In this document: positions 1 through 9,440 of the stretch, piece by piece
Numbering within the stretch: position 1 is the first letter of the stretch
Layout of the letters: each line of letters opens with the position of its first letter
Assembly: GCA_965205655.1 (NCBI GenBank)
Contig: CBDBIJ010000065.1
Span: 1 to 37,977 of the forward strand
Source: Candidatus Latescibacterota bacterium
Lineage (GTDB): Bacteria; Latescibacterota; UBA2968; UBA8231
Direction: 5' to 3'
Length of the DNA stretch: 37,977 nt
Program-made: the position numbers and the translations under genes
The notes under the pieces: generated by a model
Told to the model about the DNA's origin: nothing
Database searches by the model: none
What the model saw: the letters and a program-made list of their open reading frames with translations, nothing else

Positions 1-456
1 GTGCAGGTAAAGCTCTGGCAGCAGCTGACCTATTTCTTGGGTGCGCCGGGCGAACAGCGGCAGTACCGCACTCTCAAATCGCTCTTCCAGACCCGCACCC
101 GAGGGCGTTTCACCTCGATCGTGCCCGAGGTCAAGGACAGTCGCCGCCGCTTCCCGTACCCATTGCGGTAGCCGCCGGCTGCGTCCAACGGTGCCTGTCG
201 CTCGTACCGTGACCGTCCCAGCGCATGGGTGACTTCTTCATCCAGAACCGACTGCATCAGCGACTGAATCTGCGAGCGTGTCCACTCTTCCAGCGTTTTC
301 GAACGTGGGCATGGACATTTCCGTCGTGCTCGGCTTAGGTTGTGCCATGGCGATTCTCCTCTTCCTGCCGGGATAGCCCCGGCGTTTGTGATGGCTAATT
401 ACAAAGGAAGGGTAGGATCGCCGTCTGTCTATTTCCACACCTTCTGATTATAGCTC
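1..456 (-). mobile_element. IS256-family insertion sequence, copy 1 (partial, cut by the window edge; carries the transposase 5' end and one terminal IR)
   Basis: Matches 21024-21513 except for two homopolymer indels (92-94, 296-299) and the 21040-21089 patch. Ends in the same terminal sequence ATTTCCACACCTTCTGATTATAGCTC (431-456). Transposase ATG at 348 with a GAGGAG SD. Confidence 0.93.
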
Positions 457-583
457 AAGACGAGCTCGAGGACCCACTGCGGGCCGAAAAACTGCGCCTG
501 GAGATCAAGCACATGGCGAACGAGAAGGGCTGAAGAAAAGCGAAGTCATCGACGTCTTCATCACCAGCATGGAGCTCGAATAG
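457..583 (+). pseudogene. 3' remnant of a gene interrupted by IS copy 1, possibly flagellar basal-body FliL-like
   Basis: Reads DELEDPLRAEKLRLEIKHMANEK, then after a 1-nt shift near 529 LKKSEVIDVFITSMELE followed by TAG TAG. The pattern resembles a FliL C-terminus by eye only. Confidence 0.45.
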
Positions 584-589
584 TAGAGT

Positions 590-1969
590 CTATCCCCTCC
601 CGAGTACCGTTTCCACCTCGTCACACAGCCGCACCGCCTCTTCGGCAGAGTCGCTCTCCGCGATAATTCTGACCACCGGCTCGGTGTTCGACGCCCTCAA
701 ATGGACCCACGGGCACTCGAGTCCGCCGCTGAAATACAACTTGACGCCATCTTCGACGGGGTGCGCATAGGCGTCTGGATAGCGCCGGCGCAGTGACGCC
801 GCTGCCAGGTCGAGCTGCTGTGGGCGGGCAGGATACCTTCGTTTCTCGATCGAATAGCTCGGTAGCTTGTCGACGAGTGCGCTGAGCGAGCTACCGGCCG
901 ACGATGCGAGCGCTTCCAGGACGAGCGAGATCCCCACGGCTGCGTCGCGGCCCGGAGCGACGTCCATCAGTATGACTCCGCCGTTGCCCTCGCCCCCGAT
1001 GACGGCGCCCACCTCGAGCATTTTCTCCACAACGTGAACCTCGCCAACCGGTGTGAGCTCGACAGGACAGCCATTTCCGGCGGCGGCATCGGAGACGACC
1101 TGTGAAGTCGAGAGAGTGGTCACCACGGTACCGCGAGTGTGTGCCGTTACGGCGTCGACAGCGATCGCGAGGGTGAGGTCCTCGCCAATAGGTCTGCCGG
1201 TTTCGTCGACCAGCGCCACCCTGTCGGCATCGGGATCCACGGCAAACCCGACCGCGCCGCCATGTGCGGTGACGGCCCGACCGAGCTGCTCCAGGTTGGC
1301 GGGGATCGGCTCGGGCTCGTGGGCGAATCTGCCGTCGGGGACTGCATTGATGAAGGTGGATTCGACGCCGAGTGCGGCCATCAGCTCGGGAAGGAGCAGC
1401 CCGCCGGTACCGTTGCAGGGGTCGACGGCCACCTTCAAGCCGGCGGCGCGAATGCGCTCAGCGTCGACGGCGGACAAAAGGCGCTCCGAATGCACGCGGT
1501 GCACTTCGGATCTGGGAATGGGTTCAACGACTCCCAGGGATCCGCCTACACGGAACTGTCCGGTAGAAACGATCTTCTCCACCTCTCCACACTGGCCGGC
1601 ATTCAGGAAGACGCCATCGGCACGAACCAGTTTGAGGCCATTCCACTGGGCCGGATTGTGGCTGGCGGTGAGCACGAGCGCCCCGGCAGTCTCGAGCTCG
1701 CCCACCATCAGTTTTGCCCCAGGGGTTGAGCAGACGCCGAGATCGAGCACGTCGCACCCGGTGGTCCTCAGCGCTGAGGCCGCTTCGGCGGCGAACGCTT
1801 CGCCTGACGGACGTGTGTCTCGGGCGAGCAGCACGCGCGAGCCCGACGGTAGCCAGGTGCCGAAAGCGGCGGCGAATTGACGGATGGTCTCTTCAGTGAG
1901 GGACTGGCCGGCGATGCCGCGAACGCCCGAAACGCTGACGATCAGAGGCGGGACCGAATCCTCAGGCAT
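590..1969 (-). CDS. Alpha-D-phosphohexomutase (phosphoglucosamine mutase/phosphomannomutase family)
   Basis: Motifs SGVRG, TASHNP (catalytic Ser), DPDADR (metal loop), GEGNGG and RASNTEP. The ATG at 1969 overlaps the upstream gene's end. Confidence 0.92.
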   Translation of the reverse strand: MPEDSVPPLIVSVSGVRGIAGQSLTEETIRQFAAAFGTWLPSGSRVLLARDTRPSGEAFAAEAASALRTTGCDVLDLGVCSTPGAKLMVGELETAGALVLTASHNPAQWNGLKLVRADGVFLNAGQCGEVEKIVSTGQFRVGGSLGVVEPIPRSEVHRVHSERLLSAVDAERIRAAGLKVAVDPCNGTGGLLLPELMAALGVESTFINAVPDGRFAHEPEPIPANLEQLGRAVTAHGGAVGFAVDPDADRVALVDETGRPIGEDLTLAIAVDAVTAHTRGTVVTTLSTSQVVSDAAAGNGCPVELTPVGEVHVVEKMLEVGAVIGGEGNGGVILMDVAPGRDAAVGISLVLEALASSAGSSLSALVDKLPSYSIEKRRYPARPQQLDLAAASLRRRYPDAYAHPVEDGVKLYFSGGLECPWVHLRASNTEPVVRIIAESDSAEEAVRLCDEVETVLGRG

Positions 1970-2759
1970 CAGTTCCACATTCCAAGGTCACGGCGTCGTG
2001 CCGGGCGATACCGAGCTCTCGGCTGGCGTCTCGACCGTTGATGCTCACTTCGAGAAGATTCGAGCTGCCAACGAGGGCGAGAGCGCAGCCGTCGCCGACG
2101 TCGGTGTAGGTGCGGCTGAGACCATCGATGATGCGGCCATTCGGCAGCCGAACGCGCAGCGGAGATCCCCAGGAGTCCAGATCTGAGGCGCTGATGTTGG
2201 TGACCAGGTTTCCAAACCGGTCGACGTGAATGACCTGGCCGACGATGCCGGCCGCCGAGCGGCGAGGCGCTGCCCTATCGAGAATCACGGGATCGGCGAT
2301 CGCCGGACCAACTTTCTCGAAGGGGTAGCCGGAGGCCAGGTGAGCCGCCGCCGGTGCGAAGAGATCGCGGCCGTGAAAGGTGGGGCTCAGTGGCTGGCGG
2401 ATCAGTTCCGGATCGCGGATCTCGCGGGCGACGCAGTCTCCCTCGTCGAGGGCGAAGCTCAGCAGGCCGTTGTCCGGGGCGACCCAGACAAAGCCCTGGC
2501 TGCGCGCCGCGATCGCCCGGCGCTGACTGCCGACACCGGGATCGACGACGGCGAGGTGGATTGTGCCGCCTGGGAATTCTGGCGCGGCGTGACGCAGCAG
2601 AAAGGCGCCGGAGAGGATGTCGCGCGGAGGAATGTGGTGGGTGAGATCGACGATCTGCAGATCAGCGCAGATGTCCAGCATGACGCCCTTCATGGCGCCG
2701 ACGTAGTAATCGGTCGTACCGAAATCTGTCGTCAGGGTGACGATCGGCCCGGCGGCCAC
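1962..2759 (-). CDS. SAM hydroxide adenosyltransferase (DUF62; SAM-dependent chlorinase/fluorinase superfamily)
   Basis: Motifs TTDFG, VVDPGVGSQR, PDNGLL, TFHGRD and DRFGNLVTNI. The Asp-Arg-His triad typical of SAM hydrolases is present. Confidence 0.92.
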   Translation of the reverse strand: MAAGPIVTLTTDFGTTDYYVGAMKGVMLDICADLQIVDLTHHIPPRDILSGAFLLRHAAPEFPGGTIHLAVVDPGVGSQRRAIAARSQGFVWVAPDNGLLSFALDEGDCVAREIRDPELIRQPLSPTFHGRDLFAPAAAHLASGYPFEKVGPAIADPVILDRAAPRRSAAGIVGQVIHVDRFGNLVTNISASDLDSWGSPLRVRLPNGRIIDGLSRTYTDVGDGCALALVGSSNLLEVSINGRDASRELGIARHDAVTLECGTDA

Positions 2760-3313
2760 TACCCACCGCTCTCGCCGGGTGTCTCCCCGGTGGATGTGAC
2801 CGGTGCGGGCTCGGCGGTGTCGCCAGTGGATGTCACCGGCCCCGGCTCGCCGCTGCCACCCGACGCAGCGCCGGTCGAATCCGCATCCTGCGAAAAACCC
2901 TCCGCCAACGTCAGGTTGACAGTGACCTGCACCGTGTCCCCTTCGGTGACGGTGATGTTGCGTTTGACCCCCTCCATGACGAGTCGACCATCGTGGTCGA
3001 ATCCCCTGATCGTGAGGGTGCGCTCAGAGCCGGGCGAAATCGCGCCGATTGTCAGCAGACCCGGTCCAAGCGGGGAGTGGGTGACCTCCTTCTCGATCGT
3101 CGTCATGTCGGGTCCCTCGAGAATGGCGACCATGCTGTCGAGGACGCTGACGAGAGGTTTCGGGACCGGAACGAGAAGGGTCAGAGTCTGGGTCTGAGAT
3201 GCCGCCGACTCGGCGGCAGGATCGGCCGGGTTGCTGCGCTCGAGAAAGCTGCAGTGGGCGGCCAGAATGGCGGCGGCGATGGCGGAAAATACTGGTTTCA
3301 GTCTCAAAGGCAC
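2759..3313 (-). CDS. Hypothetical lipoprotein with a beta-sandwich-like core and low-complexity C-terminal tail
   Basis: Signal-like RLKPVFSAIAAAILAAHC. The stop overlaps the downstream GTG at 2759. Start is GTG 3313 or TTG 3307; the 3622 start in the ORF track overlaps the divergent gene. Confidence 0.65.
   Translation of the reverse strand: MPLRLKPVFSAIAAAILAAHCSFLERSNPADPAAESAASQTQTLTLLVPVPKPLVSVLDSMVAILEGPDMTTIEKEVTHSPLGPGLLTIGAISPGSERTLTIRGFDHDGRLVMEGVKRNITVTEGDTVQVTVNLTLAEGFSQDADSTGAASGGSGEPGPVTSTGDTAEPAPVTSTGETPGESGG
2778..2849. repeat. Two 36-bp in-frame tandem repeats (EPGPVTSTGDTA / EPAPVTSTGETP)
   Basis: CCGGTGGATGTGACCGG at 2787 and CCAGTGGATGTCACCGG at 2823. Confidence 0.8.
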
Positions 3314-3455
3314 ACGTTCGATCGGTAAACGGTTCGTTGTGCCTGCAAATGTACAGCGATGACGGCCGAACTTCCACCGCGGTCGACAAGGCGGGGCTCG
3401 GAGCGAGCACATTTCTTGACCCGTACGGGTGATGGGGATATGGTACCCAGCCGCC

Positions 3456-4751
3456 ATGCGACCGCCTAAATCCATTATATACGCCACATACGCCCTGTTC
3501 CTGTGCTCCTGCGTCGGTCCTTTTGCGTCGAAACCGACACCAACGGGTCCGTCTGCCCTGGAGGCGGAGTTTGATAGCGGCAGCGCTTCAGCCCGCCTGA
3601 CCTGGCCGCGATCGCGGCTCAAGGGATTCTCCCGCTATCAGATCGAGCGCTCCAAGGGGACGAAGTTCGTCCCCGTCGCCACGATCACGGAGCGGAAAGA
3701 CACGACCTTCGTCGACGAGGGGCTGCTCGCAAACAGAGCCTATCAGTACCGCGTCGTCATCTTCTTCACGTCCGGAGGCGAGGGCGAGGAGTCGCTGGTC
3801 AGCGAGGTCATCGACGGAGGGATCCACCGCTTTGTCGACACCTGGTCCCTGCCCGACGGCTTTCTGCCGACTCGACTGGCAATTGACCAGGGCGGGACGG
3901 TCTACGTCGTCGGCGCTGCCACGAGCGTCGTCGAGCGCTACGATCGCAAAGGCACGCCGTTGGGCGGATGGCAATTCGCCTCCGGCCAAAGCGCCTGTCT
4001 GGAAACGGGCACACTCGACGGTCCGGGAGTGGCGCTGGACTCCGAAGGCAGCCTCTACGTCGCCTACAATCTGATGAGATCCGGGCGCTCTCCGCGGGCC
4101 CGGTGGAGCAAGTTCGACGCTCGCGGACGGCACGAATGGACCAAAGATCTCGGCGGTATCTTCGCGCGACATATCGCCATATTCCGCGATCAGGTCTACA
4201 TCGAGGCGATCAGTCATCTGCAGCAGTTCGACATACACGGTCGCGCGGTGGCGGAGCATCGCGTCCCGCCTCTGCTGGTTTCCAGCCTGCGGCTCTGGAG
4301 CGGAGATTTCGCCGCCCTCGTAGAGCCGCTCAACGTCGCCGAGGTGGGGTGGAAGTCGCCGAGACTCGTGGTCTACAGGGGCGCCGCGCGCACCGATATG
4401 GGAAGAATTTTCGGACGGGACCCTCTTTCGGAGGACGATCGAGGCGCCGGTCTGCTTCACAGACCGAGCGATTTCGCCGTCCACGAGCCCTCCAATCGAG
4501 TGTTCGTCGTCAACGCGGGATACGGGCGCATCGAGGTATTCAAAGACAACAGCTACCTGACGCGATGGGGACAGGCCGCCGACCACGAGCGCGCCTTCGC
4601 ATTCACGGGCCGGGCGACCGTGATCGAGGACATGACCCTGGGGACGACGCATCACAGAGAGGTCGTGGCCGGAGGCATCGCCCTCGACCGACAGGGCTAC
4701 GTCTACGTTGCTGACACGTTCAACAATCGCATTCAGAAGTTTCGCCCGTGA
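3456..4751 (+). CDS. Lipoprotein with a fibronectin type III-like domain and an NHL-repeat beta-propeller
   Basis: Lipobox LCSC; FN3-like LTW...YQIERS...TTFVDEGL...YQYRV; NHL repeats PTRLAID...VYV and GIALDRQGYVYVADTFNNRIQKF. Confidence 0.82.
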   Translation: MRPPKSIIYATYALFLCSCVGPFASKPTPTGPSALEAEFDSGSASARLTWPRSRLKGFSRYQIERSKGTKFVPVATITERKDTTFVDEGLLANRAYQYRVVIFFTSGGEGEESLVSEVIDGGIHRFVDTWSLPDGFLPTRLAIDQGGTVYVVGAATSVVERYDRKGTPLGGWQFASGQSACLETGTLDGPGVALDSEGSLYVAYNLMRSGRSPRARWSKFDARGRHEWTKDLGGIFARHIAIFRDQVYIEAISHLQQFDIHGRAVAEHRVPPLLVSSLRLWSGDFAALVEPLNVAEVGWKSPRLVVYRGAARTDMGRIFGRDPLSEDDRGAGLLHRPSDFAVHEPSNRVFVVNAGYGRIEVFKDNSYLTRWGQAADHERAFAFTGRATVIEDMTLGTTHHREVVAGGIALDRQGYVYVADTFNNRIQKFRP

Positions 4752-5680
4752 GCAGATTGACCGCGGCGTTCGCGCTGGGCCTCATCACCGTTTTCGTCGG
4801 GAGCGCGGCCGGCAAGGCGCGTTACAATCACTGGGCCAAGGAGAAGGTTCGCTTTCTGTGGGAACGGGTGCAGAGAGATCCCGACAACGCTCAGTTGCGG
4901 GTCCTCCTCGGCCATGCCTACTACGAGGACGGGAAGTATGCCAAAGCGGAGCGCCACCTGAACCACGCCCTGTCGGTGCGGCCCAATTACGCAGAAGCTC
5001 ATTGCAACTTGGCGGTCATCCTCCACGCCAGCGGCAGGCTGGGCGAGGCGCAGCGACGCTACGAGGCTGCCCTCGGGTTGGACTCGAGCCTGGTGGAAGC
5101 CATGGCGGGACTCGGAACGTTGCTGTGCGACTCGGAGCGGCAGGGCACGGGAATCAAGTACCTCGAGCGCGTGCTGCAACTCGATCATGGGCTGGTCGGT
5201 GCCAGATTCAATCTGGCTGTGGCCTATCACAAGGTCGGGGATTTCAGGATGGCCATTCGACATCTCGAGATTCTCGCCGCGGAGCCCGTGAGGTATCCCG
5301 GCGTCGAGAGAGCCCTAGGCCAGGCCTATTTCAGCCGGGGACTCACGCTGCTGCAAGCGAAGAGAGCCGATGGGGCTCTGGGTCTGTTCAACAAAGCGCT
5401 CGAGTACTCAGGTGACGACGAAGACCTGCATTTCGCCGCCGGCATCGCGCACTTGAGACTCGACGACCTCGACAATGCGGAGGTGGCGTTCGCCACGGCG
5501 GTGGAGTTGGACGCCCGACACGTCCCCGCGCTGCACAACCTCGCAACCGTATACGAGCGAACGAACCGGACAAGCGAGGCCCTGGTGTACTACGAGCGAG
5601 TACAGGAGCTGGCGCCACATTTCAACGACATCGAAGCTGCCAGAAACGCAGAGTGCGACGAGCAGTACCTGCTCGAGTAG
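4748..5680 (+). CDS. Secreted tetratricopeptide-repeat protein
   Basis: N-terminal signal peptide; repeated TPR motifs (LGHAYYEDGKYAKA, AHCNLAVIL, ALHNLATVYE); GTGA overlap with the upstream gene. Confidence 0.88.
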   Translation: MSRLTAAFALGLITVFVGSAAGKARYNHWAKEKVRFLWERVQRDPDNAQLRVLLGHAYYEDGKYAKAERHLNHALSVRPNYAEAHCNLAVILHASGRLGEAQRRYEAALGLDSSLVEAMAGLGTLLCDSERQGTGIKYLERVLQLDHGLVGARFNLAVAYHKVGDFRMAIRHLEILAAEPVRYPGVERALGQAYFSRGLTLLQAKRADGALGLFNKALEYSGDDEDLHFAAGIAHLRLDDLDNAEVAFATAVELDARHVPALHNLATVYERTNRTSEALVYYERVQELAPHFNDIEAARNAECDEQYLLE

Positions 5681-5695
5681 AGTGATGAAATCAGA

Positions 5696-5724
5696 TTGAC
5701 TTTCACAGAATCAATCCGTAAGCT
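5696..5724 (+). promoter_or_regulatory. Sigma70-type promoter upstream of the infA leader
   Basis: TTGACT (5696-5701), 17-bp spacer, TAAGCT (5719-5724). Confidence 0.6.
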
Positions 5725-5801
5725 TTAGCCTGTTAAGATTCGGAGTCATCGGGGGCAAGGGCATGAATCTCTGAAATCCTTTTACGTCGATTGTAAAGGC
5801 G

Positions 5802-5846
5802 AGCGAAGGTTTCTGAACACCAATCAGAGATGGCCTTCGCTTTTTT
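5802..5846 (+). terminator. Intrinsic terminator-like hairpin within the infA leader
   Basis: AGCGAAGG (5802-5809) pairs with CCTTCGCT (5834-5841); inner stem TTTCTGA/TCAGAGA; T6 run at 5841-5846. Confidence 0.62.
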
Positions 5847-5890
5847 CATGTCTGCCTCGCCGTGAACCGCGCCCGAACCGCTTGGAGCCT

Positions 5891-6109
5891 ATGGCAAAAG
5901 AGGATGCGATCGAAGTCCAGGCAGTCGTGAAGGAAGCACTGCCAAACGGTTTTTTTAAAGTCGAAATGGAGAACGGCCACGAGGTCCTGGCTCACATCTC
6001 CGGCAAAATGCGGAAGTACTACATCCGGGTCTTGCCGGGAGATCAGGTCACGGTAGCGCTTTCTCCCTACGATTTGAGCCGCGGACGCATCACCTTCCGA
6101 AACCGCTGA
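5891..6109 (+). CDS. infA: Translation initiation factor IF-1
   Basis: MAKEDAIEV...[54 protein letters not shown], 72 aa; GGAG SD. Confidence 0.99.
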   Translation: MAKEDAIEVQAVVKEALPNGFFKVEMENGHEVLAHISGKMRKYYIRVLPGDQVTVALSPYDLSRGRITFRNR

Positions 6110-6110
6110 C

Positions 6111-7676
6111 ATGCGGGAGTACAAGGCCTGGCCCTTCAAAGAGGCCCGCCAGATCTCGAAGCGGCGCCCGCCGCTTGAAGGCCGCGCCGTTCTTTTTCAA
6201 ACCGGTTTCGCGCCGAGCGGTCTGCCCCACATGGGGCATTTCAGCGAAGTGGCACGCACGAGCTGGGTGCGGAGAGCCTGCGCTCGTGACACCGGCGCGA
6301 ACACCCGGCTGCTGTCCTTCAGCGACGATATGGACGGGCTGCGCAAGGTCCCCGGCAACCTGCCCGACGGTGACATGCTCGCCGCTCACCTGGGCAAGAC
6401 CCTCCACGTCATCCCCGACCCATTCGGCTGCTGCGACAGCTTCAGTGGCCACATGAACAACAAGCTTCGGGAGTTTCTCGACGCATATGGCTTCGAGTAC
6501 GATTTCCAGAGCTCGAAGGAAGCCTACGAGCGCGGCGACTTCGATGAGGGGTTGACCATCCTGCTTGAAAAAGTGGAGGAAGTTCGCGACGTCATCCTAC
6601 CGACGATGCGCGAAGAGAACCGTCCGAACTGGTCTCCCTTTTTTCCGATTTGCCCAAACTGCAAGTCCGTGTACGCAACCCGCGTGACAGAGTATCATCC
6701 CGATCGACAAACGCTGGAATTCGTCTGCGACGTGGAGACAGAATCCTACAAAGGATGCGGCGAGGGAGGCGAGATTTCGGTGCTGGGCGGCACCGTGAAG
6801 ATGGGTTGGAAGATCGATTGGGCGCTGCGATGGTACGCGTACGACGTCGACTACGAGATGTACGGCAAGGACCTCATCGACTCCTTCAAGGCATCGTCGA
6901 GAATCGTGCGGATCATGGGAAAACAGCCGCCGGTAGGTTACAAGTTCGAGCATTTCAATGATGAACACGGAGAGAAAATCTCGAGCAGTGTGGGCAAGGG
7001 TCTGACCGTCGACGCCTGGGTCAAGTACGCACCGATCGAATCGCTGCTCTATTTCCTGTATCAAAACCCGAACCGGGCGAAGAGGTTATTCTGGGGAGTC
7101 GTGCCGAAGTGCGTCGACGACTATCTCGATGCCCTCGGTCGCTACCACGATGTGCCGGAGGAGGATCGGCCCGACGAGGATCTATGGCACGTCTACAACC
7201 AGGGACAGGGCGTGCCTCGCTACGACGCCAAAGTCAATTTCGGCGTGGTGAACAACCTGATCTCGGCGCTGGGATCGGATGAGGCGTCGCTACTGATGGA
7301 GTACTTGGGTCGCTACGATCCGCAGGTACGGCAGAATTCGACCGTCGTCGAATTACTCGTGGAAAAAGGGTTGAACTACTACCGCGAGCAGGTTCTGCCG
7401 ACGAAGACCTTTCGCCCGCCAACACCAGAAGAACAAGCACTTCTCGGTCAGATTCGCGACCGTCTCACGACCAGCGAAAACGGCGACGAGGCGGCGCTGC
7501 AGGCCATCCCGTTCGACGTGGCACGAGAGGCTGGTGTGGAACCGAAAGATCTCTTCCGAACGATGTACGAGGTGCTGCTCGGACAGGAACGGGGTCCCCG
7601 TTTCGGTTCGTTCGTCCTGCTCCTGGGAAAGGAGCGCTTCGTTCAGATGCTGAATGAGAAAACGGCGGTCAACTGA
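6111..7676 (+). CDS. lysS: Lysine--tRNA ligase, class I
   Basis: TGFAPSGLPHMGHF (HIGH-like), SDDMDGLRKVP, Zn-type CPNC, KMGWKIDWALRW, EMYGKD, KISSS (KMSKS-like) and GPRFG. Confidence 0.96.
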   Translation: MREYKAWPFKEARQISKRRPPLEGRAVLFQTGFAPSGLPHMGHFSEVARTSWVRRACARDTGANTRLLSFSDDMDGLRKVPGNLPDGDMLAAHLGKTLHVIPDPFGCCDSFSGHMNNKLREFLDAYGFEYDFQSSKEAYERGDFDEGLTILLEKVEEVRDVILPTMREENRPNWSPFFPICPNCKSVYATRVTEYHPDRQTLEFVCDVETESYKGCGEGGEISVLGGTVKMGWKIDWALRWYAYDVDYEMYGKDLIDSFKASSRIVRIMGKQPPVGYKFEHFNDEHGEKISSSVGKGLTVDAWVKYAPIESLLYFLYQNPNRAKRLFWGVVPKCVDDYLDALGRYHDVPEEDRPDEDLWHVYNQGQGVPRYDAKVNFGVVNNLISALGSDEASLLMEYLGRYDPQVRQNSTVVELLVEKGLNYYREQVLPTKTFRPPTPEEQALLGQIRDRLTTSENGDEAALQAIPFDVAREAGVEPKDLFRTMYEVLLGQERGPRFGSFVLLLGKERFVQMLNEKTAVN

Positions 7677-7818
7677 ACAGAGCCGGTGACGGCTGCGCGG
7701 TTCCGGCATATTGTTGAAGAGTAAACCTGCGTCGCGTCCATCTCGAGGCGCTGCGGCGTCCTGCATGACCCCCAAAAACCAGTACACATAGATCTGATCC
7801 CCACCAAAAGGAACTGTC

Positions 7819-8610
7819 ATGGATAGCCACTCAGTGAGCGGCGGACAATTGCGTGACAAGGTTGCCATCGTCACAGGCGGGGCACGCGGTTTGGGCGAAG
7901 CAATCTGCCATGAGTTCGCGCGCCAGGGTGCTGTGGTCGGAATTCTGGACATCAATGGTGCCGGAGCAGCTGAGGTGGCAGAGGGTATCGACGGGTTTGG
8001 CGGCAGTGCGTTCGCCCTGGAAGCAGATGTAGCTGACTACCAGAAGGTGGCGGAGGCGACGGGCAGGACCTTGCAGGAACGTGGCACTGTCGATATCCTG
8101 GTGAACTGCGCCGGAACGAACCATTTCTCACTGCCCAACGAGTATACCACAGAGGACTGGGAGAGGCTGCTGTCCGTCAACCTATCCGGGCAGTGGCACT
8201 GTTGCCGGGCCGTGATGCCGGAGATGATGAAGAGGCGAAGCGGCAAAATCCTGAACATAGGATCGGCGGCTTCTGTGCTGGCTATTCCCAAGGCCGCTCC
8301 CTACAGCATAGCCAAGCATGGAGTCGTAGGTCTCACGAGAGCTCTGGCCGTAGACCTGGGGCCATACAACATCAATGTCAACTGCCTTTGTCCCGCAACA
8401 GTGGATACACCGCTCCTGAGAGAGGCGACGAACCAGGCTTTCGTAGACGGCATGATCAAGAGTATCCCGATGGGTAGACTGGGCGAACGATCGGATATCG
8501 CCCAGGCGGCCCTGTTCCTGACTTCGTCCGCCTCTGACTGGATAACCGGTGTCGTGCTGCCGGTTGACGGGGGGCTCAACTGCTGTGTCCGAGCGCACCA
8601 TTTCGAGTAA
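7819..8610 (+). CDS. Short-chain dehydrogenase/reductase, probably NAD-dependent
   Basis: TGGARGLG, acidic residue at the end of beta2 (LDIN), YSIAK catalytic motif, VDGG. Confidence 0.93.
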   Translation: MDSHSVSGGQLRDKVAIVTGGARGLGEAICHEFARQGAVVGILDINGAGAAEVAEGIDGFGGSAFALEADVADYQKVAEATGRTLQERGTVDILVNCAGTNHFSLPNEYTTEDWERLLSVNLSGQWHCCRAVMPEMMKRRSGKILNIGSAASVLAIPKAAPYSIAKHGVVGLTRALAVDLGPYNINVNCLCPATVDTPLLREATNQAFVDGMIKSIPMGRLGERSDIAQAALFLTSSASDWITGVVLPVDGGLNCCVRAHHFE

Positions 8611-8620
8611 GGGGGATCTT

Positions 8621-9406
8621 GTGAAACTACGGGACAAGATCGCGATTGTGACCGGCGGCGCGGGAGGCATGGGGGCGTGTATTGCCCGGCTATTCGCTCA
8701 GGAAGGCGGAGCAATCGTCGTCGCCGATATCGATGGCAAGGCGGCAGACGACGTGGCGTCACAGATCGGACAGGCCGGCGGTCGCAGCCTGGCTGTGGAA
8801 CTGGATGTCGCGGATGAGGGGCAGGTGCAACGGCTGGTAGAGACGGTGTCGAGAGAGTTCGAAAGAATCGACATTCTCGTAAACTGCGTCGGCACGGCCG
8901 AATTCGCGCTCACGGAGGAGATCACCTTGCAGCAGTGGCAGCGAATGCTCGATGTGAATTTGACGGGCGTGTTTCTGTGCTGCAGGGAGGTAGGCAAGGC
9001 CTTGATCGCTCAAAAGTCGGGCAAGATCGTGAACTTCGCCTCGACCGGAGGGCTCAGCGGAGTGCCCTACATGGCGCACTATACCGCCGCAAAGCACGGC
9101 ATCGTAGGGCTCACGAAGGCGCTGGCGGTGGAATGGGGAAAGTATGAGGTCCACGTAAACTGCATTTGTCCCGGGGCGACTGCGACACCCATGTTGCTCG
9201 ACAACACGACGGAAGAGTATCGAGCCGAACGATCGCGCCGGGTACCGTTGGAGCGATTGGCCAAACCCGAAGAGCAGGCCCGTGTCGCCCTGTTCCTGGC
9301 GTCGCCAGAATCCGACTATGTAAACGGAGCTGTCCTCTGTGTGGATGGGGGTATGTACGCCATGTCCCCGGCGACGAGTGCAGAGGCACTAGCGGGCAAA
9401 AGCTGA
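8621..9406 (+). CDS. Short-chain dehydrogenase/reductase, probably NAD-dependent
   Basis: GTG start at 8621 after GGGGGA; TGGAGGMG, ADID, YTAAK, VDGG. Confidence 0.93.
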   Translation: MKLRDKIAIVTGGAGGMGACIARLFAQEGGAIVVADIDGKAADDVASQIGQAGGRSLAVELDVADEGQVQRLVETVSREFERIDILVNCVGTAEFALTEEITLQQWQRMLDVNLTGVFLCCREVGKALIAQKSGKIVNFASTGGLSGVPYMAHYTAAKHGIVGLTKALAVEWGKYEVHVNCICPGATATPMLLDNTTEEYRAERSRRVPLERLAKPEEQARVALFLASPESDYVNGAVLCVDGGMYAMSPATSAEALAGKS

Positions 9407-9440
9407 GCGAACGAAAGCCACAAAAAGACGAGGCGGAAAG

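Noticed and set aside
1962..2759. Possible fluorinase/chlorinase (halometabolite pathway)
   Set aside because: It has TFHGRD and the Asp-Arg-His triad of DUF62 SAM hydrolases, and there is no biosynthetic cluster context.
5730..5890. T-box or lysine riboswitch for lysS
   Set aside because: No T-box consensus was recognised, and the region before the terminator is too short for either element.
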